Of a DNA stretch of 41,480 bases, positions 8,597-16,776 are shown piece after piece. Made by a program: the position numbers and the translations under genes. Below the pieces are notes generated by a model, which saw only the letters and a list, made by a program, of their open reading frames with translations, searched no databases and was not told the origin of the DNA. The stretch spans positions 1 to 41,480 of the IMG/VR virus record IMGVR_UViG_3300007622_000007. The stretch is one strand, 5' to 3'. Position 1 is the first letter of the stretch; every line of letters starts with the position of its first letter. This stretch comes from a virus (taxonomy: Duplodnaviria; Caudoviricetes).

Positions 8597-9147
8597 CACC
8601 TGTTGGTTATCCAAGAACTGGGACAAGAACCCTAGAGGCAACATTAGGTTTTGCTTTTCCAGGATTACAAATTGCTCTTACTCAGCATCGTTTGACACCA
8701 ATGACGCAATGCCCAAATGTAATTTGTATTTTTAGGGAACCTTTAGAATGCATTTCTTCTTGGATGACAACAGACCTTAGAGAAGAAGCAGACCCTCCTA
8801 GATATTGGTCGGCAGCAGAAAGACTTGAGTTTTATATTAGGTTTGCTAACAAAGCCATAGAATCAAACATTTTTTGTACAACCTTAAATCAACTCAGAAA
8901 ACACCCCAATCGGGCGATGTTTGAATATTCTCAAAAATATAATTTACAAGATCCCGAGTGGGTACACATGGTGGAGATTGATGAATTTGTTAAAACAACC
9001 TATCCGCTTCATCACCCTCATGCTCATACACATAGCAAAACAAAATTTTATGAAGAAATTCAAAAAGAAAAATTATTTGACGAAGCAGAAAATATGTATA
9101 AGATTTTTGTAGATTTAGTAGCAGATATGGTGGATGATGATGAGTGA
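8584..9147 (+). CDS. Sulfotransferase-family protein
   Basis: Probable GTG start at 8584 (the track starts at 8563). GYPRTGTRTL resembles the 5'-PSB PAPS loop and IFREPLECISSW the 3'-PB motif. Confidence 0.6.
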   Translation: MGRLTPVGYPRTGTRTLEATLGFAFPGLQIALTQHRLTPMTQCPNVICIFREPLECISSWMTTDLREEADPPRYWSAAERLEFYIRFANKAIESNIFCTTLNQLRKHPNRAMFEYSQKYNLQDPEWVHMVEIDEFVKTTYPLHHPHAHTHSKTKFYEEIQKEKLFDEAENMYKIFVDLVADMVDDDE

Positions 9148-9784
9148 TAGAACAAATACGGCATTTCAGTCAATTTGGTTTTTTACTGGTTTGCCTGATG
9201 AAGTTATAAAAATTATGGAAAAAGAATTACTGAAAGATTTTGAAAAAGATATTAAATCCTCACCAGTGAATCTTTACGTTGGGGACGGGTTCAACGAAGT
9301 GCGAAAGGCAAAGCATTCATGGGTTAGAAGTTCCCATTGGATGGGTGGTTTTTTATGGCACTATATTGAACGTGCAAACAGAGAAAATTTTTTGTATGAT
9401 TTAAAAGGACTGGATAGCGAACACATTCAGTACACCATTTATGACAAGGGTGAGTATTATGAATGGCATAACGATGGCGGTTTAACAACTTCTTATAAAC
9501 CACAATTTGTTGGTAATTCTACCGATGGTGTGGGCAACGATTTTGTAAATCAAAACAAAGAACTTGTCAGAAAACTTTCTTTTTCGTTACAACTTTCCAA
9601 CCCAGAAGATTACGAAGGTGGTGAGCTTGAACTTATCAACGAGTCAGGTGAGAGTTATATTGCGCCGAAAACACAAGGATGCCTTATATTGTTTGATTCT
9701 CGTACTCGTCACAGAGTGCGTACAATAACCAAGGGAACCCGCAAGTCTCTTGTTGGTTGGGTTCTTGGGCCTCGCTGGAAGTAG
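9134..9784 (+). CDS. 2OG-Fe(II) oxygenase, PKHD/prolyl-hydroxylase type
   Basis: IQYTIY..GEYYEWHND (HxD), RKLSFSLQLS.PEDYEGGEL, FDSRTRHRV..ITKGTRKSLVGWVLGP. Confidence 0.9.
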   Translation: MMMSDRTNTAFQSIWFFTGLPDEVIKIMEKELLKDFEKDIKSSPVNLYVGDGFNEVRKAKHSWVRSSHWMGGFLWHYIERANRENFLYDLKGLDSEHIQYTIYDKGEYYEWHNDGGLTTSYKPQFVGNSTDGVGNDFVNQNKELVRKLSFSLQLSNPEDYEGGELELINESGESYIAPKTQGCLILFDSRTRHRVRTITKGTRKSLVGWVLGPRWK

Positions 9785-9789
9785 CTGTT

Positions 9790-10341
9790 ATGTATAAAAA
9801 AGTTGACAATGTTTTTGGTAGTTATTTTTTAAATTATCTACTGGATAAGATAGAAGCACCTGGTCAATTCCCTTGGTTTTTTTATGCAAATACTCAAACA
9901 GGATCTTTGCCTACCGAATTCAAAAACAGCGGTTTCAGACACACCTTGATTTTTGATGGAGTTAATCAATCCTCGCATACAAATTTATTTTTACCAATTG
10001 CTTGGAAAGTTTCAGAGATAATTTCTAAACCAATTCTTTCAATTGACAGCTTGCATGTCAATATGATTTTTAATCACAATATAGAGTATGTTGGGGAGCC
10101 GCACTTGGATGTGCCCAAAACAGAAAATGAAGAACATATGCAATATACGGCTATCTACTACATGGATGACACTAATGGGTGCACGACACTTTATGATGAC
10201 AAACGTGTTCCTTTTCTAAAGAACCCATCCATAGCAGACAGTTTGTTAATATTTTCTGCGGACATAGAGCATTCTGGAGGGTTGCCAACTGACGCGATAA
10301 TGCGTAGAGTTGTTAATATAAACATCACATGTCCTCGGTAA
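9790..10341 (+). CDS. 2OG-Fe(II) oxygenase
   Basis: Probable start ATG 9790. PHLD (HxD), TAIYYMDDTNGCT, distal H (EHSG), RRVVNIN. Confidence 0.75.
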   Translation: MYKKVDNVFGSYFLNYLLDKIEAPGQFPWFFYANTQTGSLPTEFKNSGFRHTLIFDGVNQSSHTNLFLPIAWKVSEIISKPILSIDSLHVNMIFNHNIEYVGEPHLDVPKTENEEHMQYTAIYYMDDTNGCTTLYDDKRVPFLKNPSIADSLLIFSADIEHSGGLPTDAIMRRVVNINITCPR

Positions 10342-11000
10342 ACAATTCGCCCGAAATCAATGGGCTTTTTCCAGTACCGGTTGTTCGCTATAACTACATA
10401 GAGGAACTCAATGATTTAGAAATTGAGTGCATAAACAAAGAGCTAGACATTGATATAAGTGCGACTAATAATTACAATAATCAAAACAGCCATGGCTCTG
10501 CAAATAATTACGTTCTAGATAAACCTGAACTTCAAAATATTAAAGAATTTTGTACTGACGCTATACATCATTTTGCTTACGCAGTTTTGGATATTACTTC
10601 TAAAACAAAATTTTATATAACCCAAAGCTGGTTGAATGCGGCGACATCTGGTGGTGGATCAAAAAATCATACTCATCCAAACAGTATTTTTAGTGGAGTT
10701 TTTTATATAAAATCTTCCGATGAAGATAAAATTATGTTTACTAATCCATGCCCACAAATGAGTTCAACATTTCAACATGCTGATTTTAATCCATTTAATT
10801 CTATGAGCTGGTGGGTGCCAGCTACTCAGGGGTCACTATTATTGTTCCCATCGTACTTACCACACGGTGTTCCAGAAATTTTTTCGGAAAATAGAGTTAG
10901 TTTGGCTTTTAATACTTTTTGGCATGGGGAAGCTGGGAGAACAGATTTTCGCGAAATTTTGTATTTGCCAGAAGTTAAGCAGTATTTATCTAAAAAATAA
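10329..11000 (+). CDS. Putative 2OG-Fe(II) oxygenase (TIGR02466-like)
   Basis: LFPVPV start, ITQSWLN, HTHPNSIFSGVFY (HxH), LLLFPSYLPHGV, RVSLAFN. Confidence 0.85.
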   Translation: MSSVNNSPEINGLFPVPVVRYNYIEELNDLEIECINKELDIDISATNNYNNQNSHGSANNYVLDKPELQNIKEFCTDAIHHFAYAVLDITSKTKFYITQSWLNAATSGGGSKNHTHPNSIFSGVFYIKSSDEDKIMFTNPCPQMSSTFQHADFNPFNSMSWWVPATQGSLLLFPSYLPHGVPEIFSENRVSLAFNTFWHGEAGRTDFREILYLPEVKQYLSKK

Positions 11001-11009
11001 ATTTTAAAC

Positions 11010-11015
11010 TATAAT
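11010..11015 (+). promoter_or_regulatory. -10 element before a possibly leaderless gene
   Basis: TATAAT at 11010-11015. The in-frame GTG at 11022 falls at the expected +1. Confidence 0.45.
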
Positions 11016-11021
11016 GTGAGG

Positions 11022-11216
11022 GTGAAAAAAATAACCCGGATTTATATATTTTTATTTACTTTTCTTGCCATAATGTTCCTCACTTCTTGTGGGTATGACG
11101 GTAGTTACCGCTATTCATGTCAAGAGTATAAGAACTGGGAAAACCCGGAATGTAATCCACCAATTTGTGTGCCTAGTGGCACATGCACAGAGGACTTGAT
11201 CAAGGAGGCCCCATAA
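11022..11216 (+). CDS. Small Cys-rich lipoprotein
   Basis: Basic N-terminus (KK..R), hydrophobic stretch, lipobox LTS-C, then four further Cys. Start is either GTG 11016 or GTG 11022. Confidence 0.75.
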   Translation: MKKITRIYIFLFTFLAIMFLTSCGYDGSYRYSCQEYKNWENPECNPPICVPSGTCTEDLIKEAP

Positions 11217-11527
11217 TGAGTTTCTTTAATAAAGAACGATATACAGCAGAACAGCTGCATGCCCGAATGATTTTTGGTGTCGCAATTATTTTGGCAGCAG
11301 TTTTTGCTATCACGGTTATTGGTTTTGTTTATGCTTTAATGTTTGTTACACAGCCAATCGGTCAACAATCGCCAAACGATTCCGCTTTCATTGATTTGCT
11401 CAAAACGCTTACTGTTTTCTTAACAGGAAGTCTTGGCGGTTTGGTTATGTCTAATGGCATGAAATCAAAAAAATCTGATGAAGATAAAGACGGCAATGGA
11501 ATCCCAGACCATTTGGAGAATAAATAA
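11216..11527 (+). CDS. Two-TM membrane protein
   Basis: TAATG-coupled start with AAGGAGG upstream. Two hydrophobic segments flank QPIGQQSPND; C-terminal DKDGNGIPD. Confidence 0.75.
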   Translation: MSFFNKERYTAEQLHARMIFGVAIILAAVFAITVIGFVYALMFVTQPIGQQSPNDSAFIDLLKTLTVFLTGSLGGLVMSNGMKSKKSDEDKDGNGIPDHLENK

Positions 11528-11931
11528 TGTACGAGTATCGCGTAAAAAAAGTTTTGAAAGTTGTTGACGGGGACACGATTGATGTTGACATTGATTTGGG
11601 TTTTGATATTTCTTATTCACAACGTGTTCGTCTTGCCGGTATTGATACACCTGAATCTCGTACAACAGATAAAGCCGAAAAAGTTTTGGGGTTGGAAGTA
11701 AAAGACAGATTGAAAAAAGCAATTGATGCTGCAACAAATATTGTTATCAAAACCGAAAAGCCAGACAGTTCAGAAAAGTATGGTCGTATTTTGGGTTGGG
11801 TATTTCTTGATGACAACAAAGTATCTATCAATCAAACATTGATTGATGAAGGTTATGCGTGGGGCTATATGGGCGAAACAAAAGTTAAAGACTTTGATGC
11901 GCTTTTAAAGAAGAGAAATGGAAAGAAGTAA
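11527..11931 (+). CDS. Thermonuclease (SNase-like nuclease)
   Basis: KVVDGDTIDV.IDLGF, RVRLAGIDTPE, KYGRILG, INQTLIDEGYA. Confidence 0.92.
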   Translation: MYEYRVKKVLKVVDGDTIDVDIDLGFDISYSQRVRLAGIDTPESRTTDKAEKVLGLEVKDRLKKAIDAATNIVIKTEKPDSSEKYGRILGWVFLDDNKVSINQTLIDEGYAWGYMGETKVKDFDALLKKRNGKK

Positions 11932-12176
11932 TGAAGGTTTGGATTGACCAAGACTTATGTACGGGCGATGGGCTGTGTGCAGAAATAGCTCCGGATGTGT
12001 TTATCATGCTGGAGGATGGGTTGGCGTATGTTCAAGAGAATGGGAAAGTATATTCAAAGCTGCGAGGGAACCCAGAAGGCGCAAGTGGGTTGGCTTCTTT
12101 CGCAGACGATAGGCTAGCCGATGTTATTGATGCGGCTGAAGATTGCCCAGGTGAATGTATTTTCATAGAAGAATAA
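11931..12176 (+). CDS. Monocluster ferredoxin (CxxDxxC...CP)
   Basis: MKVWIDQDLCTGDGLCAEIAPDVF...AAEDCPGECIFIE resembles actinobacterial 3Fe-4S/4Fe-4S ferredoxins. Confidence 0.92.
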   Translation: MKVWIDQDLCTGDGLCAEIAPDVFIMLEDGLAYVQENGKVYSKLRGNPEGASGLASFADDRLADVIDAAEDCPGECIFIEE

Positions 12177-12177
12177 A

Positions 12178-15045
12178 ATGAAAATAAATTTTAGAAAAGG
12201 GTGGTGGGTCATTGTCCCCGCTTTTGTTTTATCAATGGTTATGCCATTAGTTTCGGTTCAAGCAGCTGTAGAGCCAGGACTAAATGTTACTGTTTACAAT
12301 AACTACGGATACAACAACGCCCCTCCTCTGCCCACCGTGTCTGGCAGGCCAGTTCAATGCACGACTACATATCTATCTATTGACCAACAATTTGGCAATA
12401 ATATTTGTGGACTGTATGACGACTTTATAGTTAAGTACGAAGGCTACATAACCGCCCCAACCACTGGGCAATACACGCTGTATCTGCACGGAGATGACGG
12501 TGTAAAACTTTATCTGGATGATGTACTCAGGGTGGACGCATGGTATGACTCAGGGAACGCTGGCGGAACCACAGAAATATATTTTGTTGCTGGAGTTCCA
12601 CAGAAATTGCTTGTTTGGTATTACGAAAATGGTGGTGGCAACTGGGTAAAATTGAATTACTTGGTTGGTGGTTCCTATGTACCAGTTCCTGAATCATGGT
12701 TCACAAAGACAAGTGAATCTGCCACACCGACTACCACCACTACTACAAGTACAACTACGAGTACAACTACCACTACTACTACAGTTCCACCTACAACAAC
12801 AACAACAGTTGCCCCATACCTTAATGCAGTCACAAATCTAACGGCTGTTGCAAACGCAGATGGAAGTGTTGACCTTGATTGGGATGCACCAACATCAAGC
12901 AATGTTGACATATATGCTTACGGTGTTAGTTTTTACGACCTTGACGAAATTGGTGGGACAACATCGGGTGGCTGGGGAGTTTGGACCAATCAAGGAACTA
13001 ACTACTCGTTAAGCACTGGAATGTTCTCTGGCAGCAATCCTGTCACGACTGGATACGGACCTGTCCGTTTTGGTATCAAAGCGGGAAATCAAAGTTGTTT
13101 TTCTAATCAGGGCGTAGGACCGTGTGTGTACGGTCCTGAAGTAACTGTTGATGCAACTGTTCTTGATCCAACTCCAGTAACTACCACTACTTCATCCACC
13201 ACTACAACGACTTCCACAACAACTACAACAACTGTTCCAACTACTACAACTACTAGTACAACTACTACAACTACTAGTACAACTACTACAACCGAAGCGC
13301 CTTATACTCCGCCTCAAACAACAACGACTGTTTTTATAAATAACACCACTACAGTGCCAGAACCAGTAATCCCTGTAGAAAATCAACCAGGAGGCTCTAC
13401 AGGCCCTTCTGAACCCGTTGTATTGCCAACCACGCCCACAGAACCAGAATACACTCAGCCAGAAGAAACAGAAACAACCATTGTAGTGACGCTTCCCGAA
13501 GAAACAGAAACAACAGTGATACTACCGACAATAGAAGTTGGACCAGTAGAAACAGAACCTGAAACGGTAGTAGTAATAATTCCACCAGATGAGTATACCG
13601 TCACCGATGTAGAAGACAACGAGCCAATCACGACAGCCATACTGGATAACATTCTTGAAGATACATTTACGCCTGGCGTTGAAATTACTGTTGAGGAAGT
13701 TGGTGCTGTTCTTGACACACTTCTTGGGGCGGAACTTACTGATACTCAGCTTGACAATGTTTTAGAAGCCGTGTTTACCGAAGATGTTTCGGCAGATGTA
13801 TTCACCGAAGCACTGACAACAATGCTAGATGCGGACATAACTAGCGAACAACTTATAGCAGTTTTGGATTCTGCGTTCTCGGAAGATACTTCTGCTGAGA
13901 ATATGGTGGCGGCTTTGGAATCAATCTTTGATGGCCCAATTAGTTCTGGCGATTTAGACAAAGTTATGGAAGCTGTGTTTGATGAGGACATTTCTGTTGA
14001 GGACACTATGGAAGTGCTTGGCGACTTGCTTGAAACAAATCTCAGTCAAGCAGAAACAGAAGCAGTATTTGACAGCGTTTTTGATGCAGATCTTTCCGAT
14101 GCAGAAACCATTGACCTCATTGTTGATGTATTGAAAGACGGTCTAACCGCAGACAATTTAGGTGCTGCTCTTGGTGCAGTCTTTGACGAAGAAGTAAGTA
14201 CTGAGGTTTTGATTGAAACCTTTACTGCTGTCTTGGGCAACGAACTTAACAAAGAATCACTTGAGGTTATTGTTGATGTTTTAGAATCAGAATCAATTAC
14301 AAGCGAGCAAGTTGGGCAAGTTGTTACATTGGTAATTGAACAGGAAGGTGGTATTCCTAGTGACCAAGCAACAGAGCTGGCAACTAGTCCCAAAGTTCTT
14401 GAAAGCATTGACGGTGAACAAGCAACAGAAGTTTTTGCTGCAGTTGTTGTTTCCGAAGTTTCGGCAGAAGATGGAGCGGCTATATCTGAAGCACTTATAG
14501 ACGCACCTGTTGAAGTTAAAGAATCATTTGAAGAAGAAATAAATGTTTTTGCTGGAGTGTTTGATACTTATATTGCTGTTGGTTCAGCAGTTGACACTGG
14601 TGATCGTAGGTCTTTGATTGCAGCAGCGGCAGCAGTTGCCACTATTGCTGCAAACGCTGTAGCTGGTGGTTCTGGTTCAAATGGTTCTGGCGGAAGTTCT
14701 GGTGGGGGAAGTCCTAGTGGAGATTCTAATCGTGCTGCAAGAAAAGAAGAAGAGCAAGAGATGGCTGGAGAAATATCTGGCGGAGATGATGATGATACAA
14801 ATTATGCTAAAAATAGCATTTTCAAGTATTCTGTTAAGGAGGGTATAGAGATGAAAAAATTTGATTGGTTGGGGTTTGTTAAAAAACTTTGGGATATAAC
14901 AGCTGGTTTGGCTTTTACAATTGCCGGAAGCGTTGTTGTTTATTACACACTTTCTGGTATGACGCAAAAGATTGCTTTATTTTCTACGATAACTGCTTGT
15001 GTAATCCATTATCTACACCAAATATTCAAAAACGATACCGATTAA
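12178..15045 (+). CDS. Secreted, membrane-anchored surface protein: PA14, Thr-rich linkers, FN3-like domain, acidic repeats, C-terminal TMs
   Basis: Signal peptide ending VQA; PA14 motifs (FIVKYEGYI.AP..G.YTL..GDDGVKLYLD, WYYENGGG); FN3-like (VTNLTA...VDLDWDAP); 17-aa acidic repeats; hydrophobic C-terminal helices. Confidence 0.8.
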   Translation: MKINFRKGWWVIVPAFVLSMVMPLVSVQAAVEPGLNVTVYNNYGYNNAPPLPTVSGRPVQCTTTYLSIDQQFGNNICGLYDDFIVKYEGYITAPTTGQYTLYLHGDDGVKLYLDDVLRVDAWYDSGNAGGTTEIYFVAGVPQKLLVWYYENGGGNWVKLNYLVGGSYVPVPESWFTKTSESATPTTTTTTSTTTSTTTTTTTVPPTTTTTVAPYLNAVTNLTAVANADGSVDLDWDAPTSSNVDIYAYGVSFYDLDEIGGTTSGGWGVWTNQGTNYSLSTGMFSGSNPVTTGYGPVRFGIKAGNQSCFSNQGVGPCVYGPEVTVDATVLDPTPVTTTTSSTTTTTSTTTTTTVPTTTTTSTTTTTTSTTTTTEAPYTPPQTTTTVFINNTTTVPEPVIPVENQPGGSTGPSEPVVLPTTPTEPEYTQPEETETTIVVTLPEETETTVILPTIEVGPVETEPETVVVIIPPDEYTVTDVEDNEPITTAILDNILEDTFTPGVEITVEEVGAVLDTLLGAELTDTQLDNVLEAVFTEDVSADVFTEALTTMLDADITSEQLIAVLDSAFSEDTSAENMVAALESIFDGPISSGDLDKVMEAVFDEDISVEDTMEVLGDLLETNLSQAETEAVFDSVFDADLSDAETIDLIVDVLKDGLTADNLGAALGAVFDEEVSTEVLIETFTAVLGNELNKESLEVIVDVLESESITSEQVGQVVTLVIEQEGGIPSDQATELATSPKVLESIDGEQATEVFAAVVVSEVSAEDGAAISEALIDAPVEVKESFEEEINVFAGVFDTYIAVGSAVDTGDRRSLIAAAAAVATIAANAVAGGSGSNGSGGSSGGGSPSGDSNRAARKEEEQEMAGEISGGDDDDTNYAKNSIFKYSVKEGIEMKKFDWLGFVKKLWDITAGLAFTIAGSVVVYYTLSGMTQKIALFSTITACVIHYLHQIFKNDTD
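13240..13292 (+). repeat. 21-bp tandem repeat, about 2.5 copies, in the poly-Thr linker
   Basis: ACTACTACAACTACTAGTACA at 13240 and 13261, partial copy at 13282. Confidence 0.85.
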
Positions 15046-15074
15046 TTTACCTTTAATGTCTGGTGTTGTATAAT
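15046..15074 (+). promoter_or_regulatory. Promoter of the lysis cassette
   Basis: TTTACC (15046-15051), 17 nt, TATAAT (15069-15074). AGGAGG SD precedes ATG 15111. Confidence 0.6.
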
Positions 15075-15110
15075 GATAGTCGGCACCAATGGGTGTTAGG
15101 AGGATGATCA

Positions 15111-15308
15111 ATGTCTAGTTTATTGAATGAGAATAATAAGAAAATGTTAGCGTCTTATGCACGATCTTGTGTTGGAGCAGGTCTTGCAGTTTATATGACA
15201 GGAAACACAAGTCCAAAAGATATCGCAACAGCGGCACTTGCTGGTTTAGTTCCAGTAATTATGCGATGGCTGAATCCAAACGATCCAGCTTTTGGTCGCG
15301 GTAAATAA
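15111..15308 (+). CDS. Holin
   Basis: 65 aa, two hydrophobic segments, LASYARS...LAVYM.G...RWLNPND.AFGR, directly upstream of the endolysin. Confidence 0.75.
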   Translation: MSSLLNENNKKMLASYARSCVGAGLAVYMTGNTSPKDIATAALAGLVPVIMRWLNPNDPAFGRGK

Positions 15309-15327
15309 TTTAAATTAAGGAGTCTAC

Positions 15328-16176
15328 ATGAGTAAAAAAGTTGAATGGGACATCATTGTTCCGGTTAAATTACCAATTAGTTTAAAAAATGTAGAACCTG
15401 GCAAACTCCACCCATCGCTACTCCGTGATATTCCGCAGGGAGGTAAGTTACATTACCTTGCTGCTGATGCATGGAATGCGATGGTGGATGCTGCTAAAAA
15501 AGATGGTGTTGAATTGAAGCCGACTAGTTCGGGAGATACTTATAGAAGTTATGACGCTCAGAAAGCTGGGTTCTTGCAAAGATATCAACTACAACCAATC
15601 ACTAATCAGAGTACAAAAACTTTTGAAGGCAAAACTTGGTACCTTAAAAAAGGTATGGCTATGTTGGCTACACCAGGCAAGAGTCAGCATAATTTGGGTT
15701 TGGCTGTAGATATTCACACTGCTGGGGAACCAAAGCGTTTGAAATGGCTTATTGCTAATGTTTTAAAATTTGGATTTTCATGGGAAGTGGTTCCGAGCGA
15801 ACCATGGCATATTCGCTATACAGAGGGTGATGCGGTTCCTCAAGCTGTTAAGGATTGGCTTTTGCTTAATCCAAAACCAGCAAGTATTTTTGGTACGACA
15901 ACCGAGCAAAAGTCTGTAGCTGAAAATAAACAAGAAGTTGTTAAGGAAGGAAGCCCTAGTGTTGACCCAGCGTCACTGCCAATAATTTCTAATCCGAATA
16001 AAGGAAACGCTGTTAAGAGATTGCAAAATCTATTGACTAAAAAAGGTTTTGCTGCGGGAGCTGATGGTGATTTTGGTAACGTGACCGAAGGTATGGTCAA
16101 GAAGTTTCAAGAAAAAAATAAACTTCCAGTTACTGGTGTTGTTGATAGAGATACATGGGCGGCTTTGCTCTCTTAA
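15328..16176 (+). CDS. Endolysin: M15/VanY-like Zn peptidase plus C-terminal peptidoglycan-binding domain
   Basis: YRSYDAQ, PGKSQHNLGLAVD (SxHx6D), EPWHIRY. C-terminal VKRLQNLL..GF..DGDFG..TE..VKKFQ....L.VTGVVD..TW is PG_binding_1-like. Confidence 0.9.
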   Translation: MSKKVEWDIIVPVKLPISLKNVEPGKLHPSLLRDIPQGGKLHYLAADAWNAMVDAAKKDGVELKPTSSGDTYRSYDAQKAGFLQRYQLQPITNQSTKTFEGKTWYLKKGMAMLATPGKSQHNLGLAVDIHTAGEPKRLKWLIANVLKFGFSWEVVPSEPWHIRYTEGDAVPQAVKDWLLLNPKPASIFGTTTEQKSVAENKQEVVKEGSPSVDPASLPIISNPNKGNAVKRLQNLLTKKGFAAGADGDFGNVTEGMVKKFQEKNKLPVTGVVDRDTWAALLS

Positions 16177-16185
16177 GAAAATTAG

Positions 16186-16191
16186 TATAAT
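16186..16191 (+). promoter_or_regulatory. -10 element upstream of the neck/fibre block
   Basis: TATAAT 16186-16191; TTGCTC at 16165-16170 (short 15-nt spacer); AGGAGA SD before 16209. Confidence 0.45.
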
Positions 16192-16208
16192 ATCTTATAG
16201 GAGAACAT

Positions 16209-16547
16209 ATGGCTGGATCAAGAAATATCACGATATATCAAGGCGATACTTATGCTCATGAATTGCGTGTAAAAGACAGCGCTAATGCTAATGTGAACAT
16301 CACGAGCAGAACATATAGCGGCCAAATTCGCAAGAAAAAAAATTCTGTTACTGTTGCTGCTACTTTTTCGTCAACCTTGACTAATGCCGCAAACGGGGTT
16401 GTAGTAATGTCTTTAACCGCATCCAATACAGCAAATATCGCTGCCGGGTCTTATGTTTATGACTTTCAAGAAACTAACGGGGCAACAATAACAACTCTGA
16501 TAGCTGGTGTTTGTACGGTAGTTGGGGATGTAACTCGTGACAGCTGA
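16209..16547 (+). CDS. Ig-like virion attachment protein (BppU-N-like)
   Basis: NITIYQGDTY...ITSRTYSGQIRK...GVVVMSLTA..T..I.AGSYVYD..TLIAG. Confidence 0.6.
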   Translation: MAGSRNITIYQGDTYAHELRVKDSANANVNITSRTYSGQIRKKKNSVTVAATFSSTLTNAANGVVVMSLTASNTANIAAGSYVYDFQETNGATITTLIAGVCTVVGDVTRDS

Positions 16548-16776
16548 TATTACAACGGTTCAAGTAACAACAACGGATGTTTCAAATGTTGCTGTAACTA
16601 CAGATATTACGGTGTTAAATCAATCAAGTGGTACAATTAATTTAGCAAGTTTAAGTCTAGCTACAACGGTCACTGATATTGCAAGGGCTGGCATTGTTGG
16701 AACTAGTCAGTTGGCGGCTAGGGCAGATCATGTCCATAGTGCAGCTAATTTATTAATGGATGGAGGAAACTACTAA
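16537..16776 (+). CDS. Short fibre connector ending in DGGNY
   Basis: GTG start overlaps the upstream gene. Fibre motif GTS..AARADHVH; C-terminus LMDGGNY. Confidence 0.6.
   Translation: MTADITTVQVTTTDVSNVAVTTDITVLNQSSGTINLASLSLATTVTDIARAGIVGTSQLAARADHVHSAANLLMDGGNY

Noticed and set aside
11022-11527. Spanin (Rz/Rz1) pair
   Set aside because: The lipoprotein comes first, the partner has two TMs and no periplasmic coiled coil, and other clues favour a host without a classical outer membrane.
15111-15146. Holin dual-start motif (Met1/Met12)
   Set aside because: The second ATG has no SD and the spacing is unlike lambda S105/S107.
15328-16176. vanY glycopeptide-resistance gene
   Set aside because: An M15 domain fused to a peptidoglycan-binding domain beside a holin is better explained as an endolysin.
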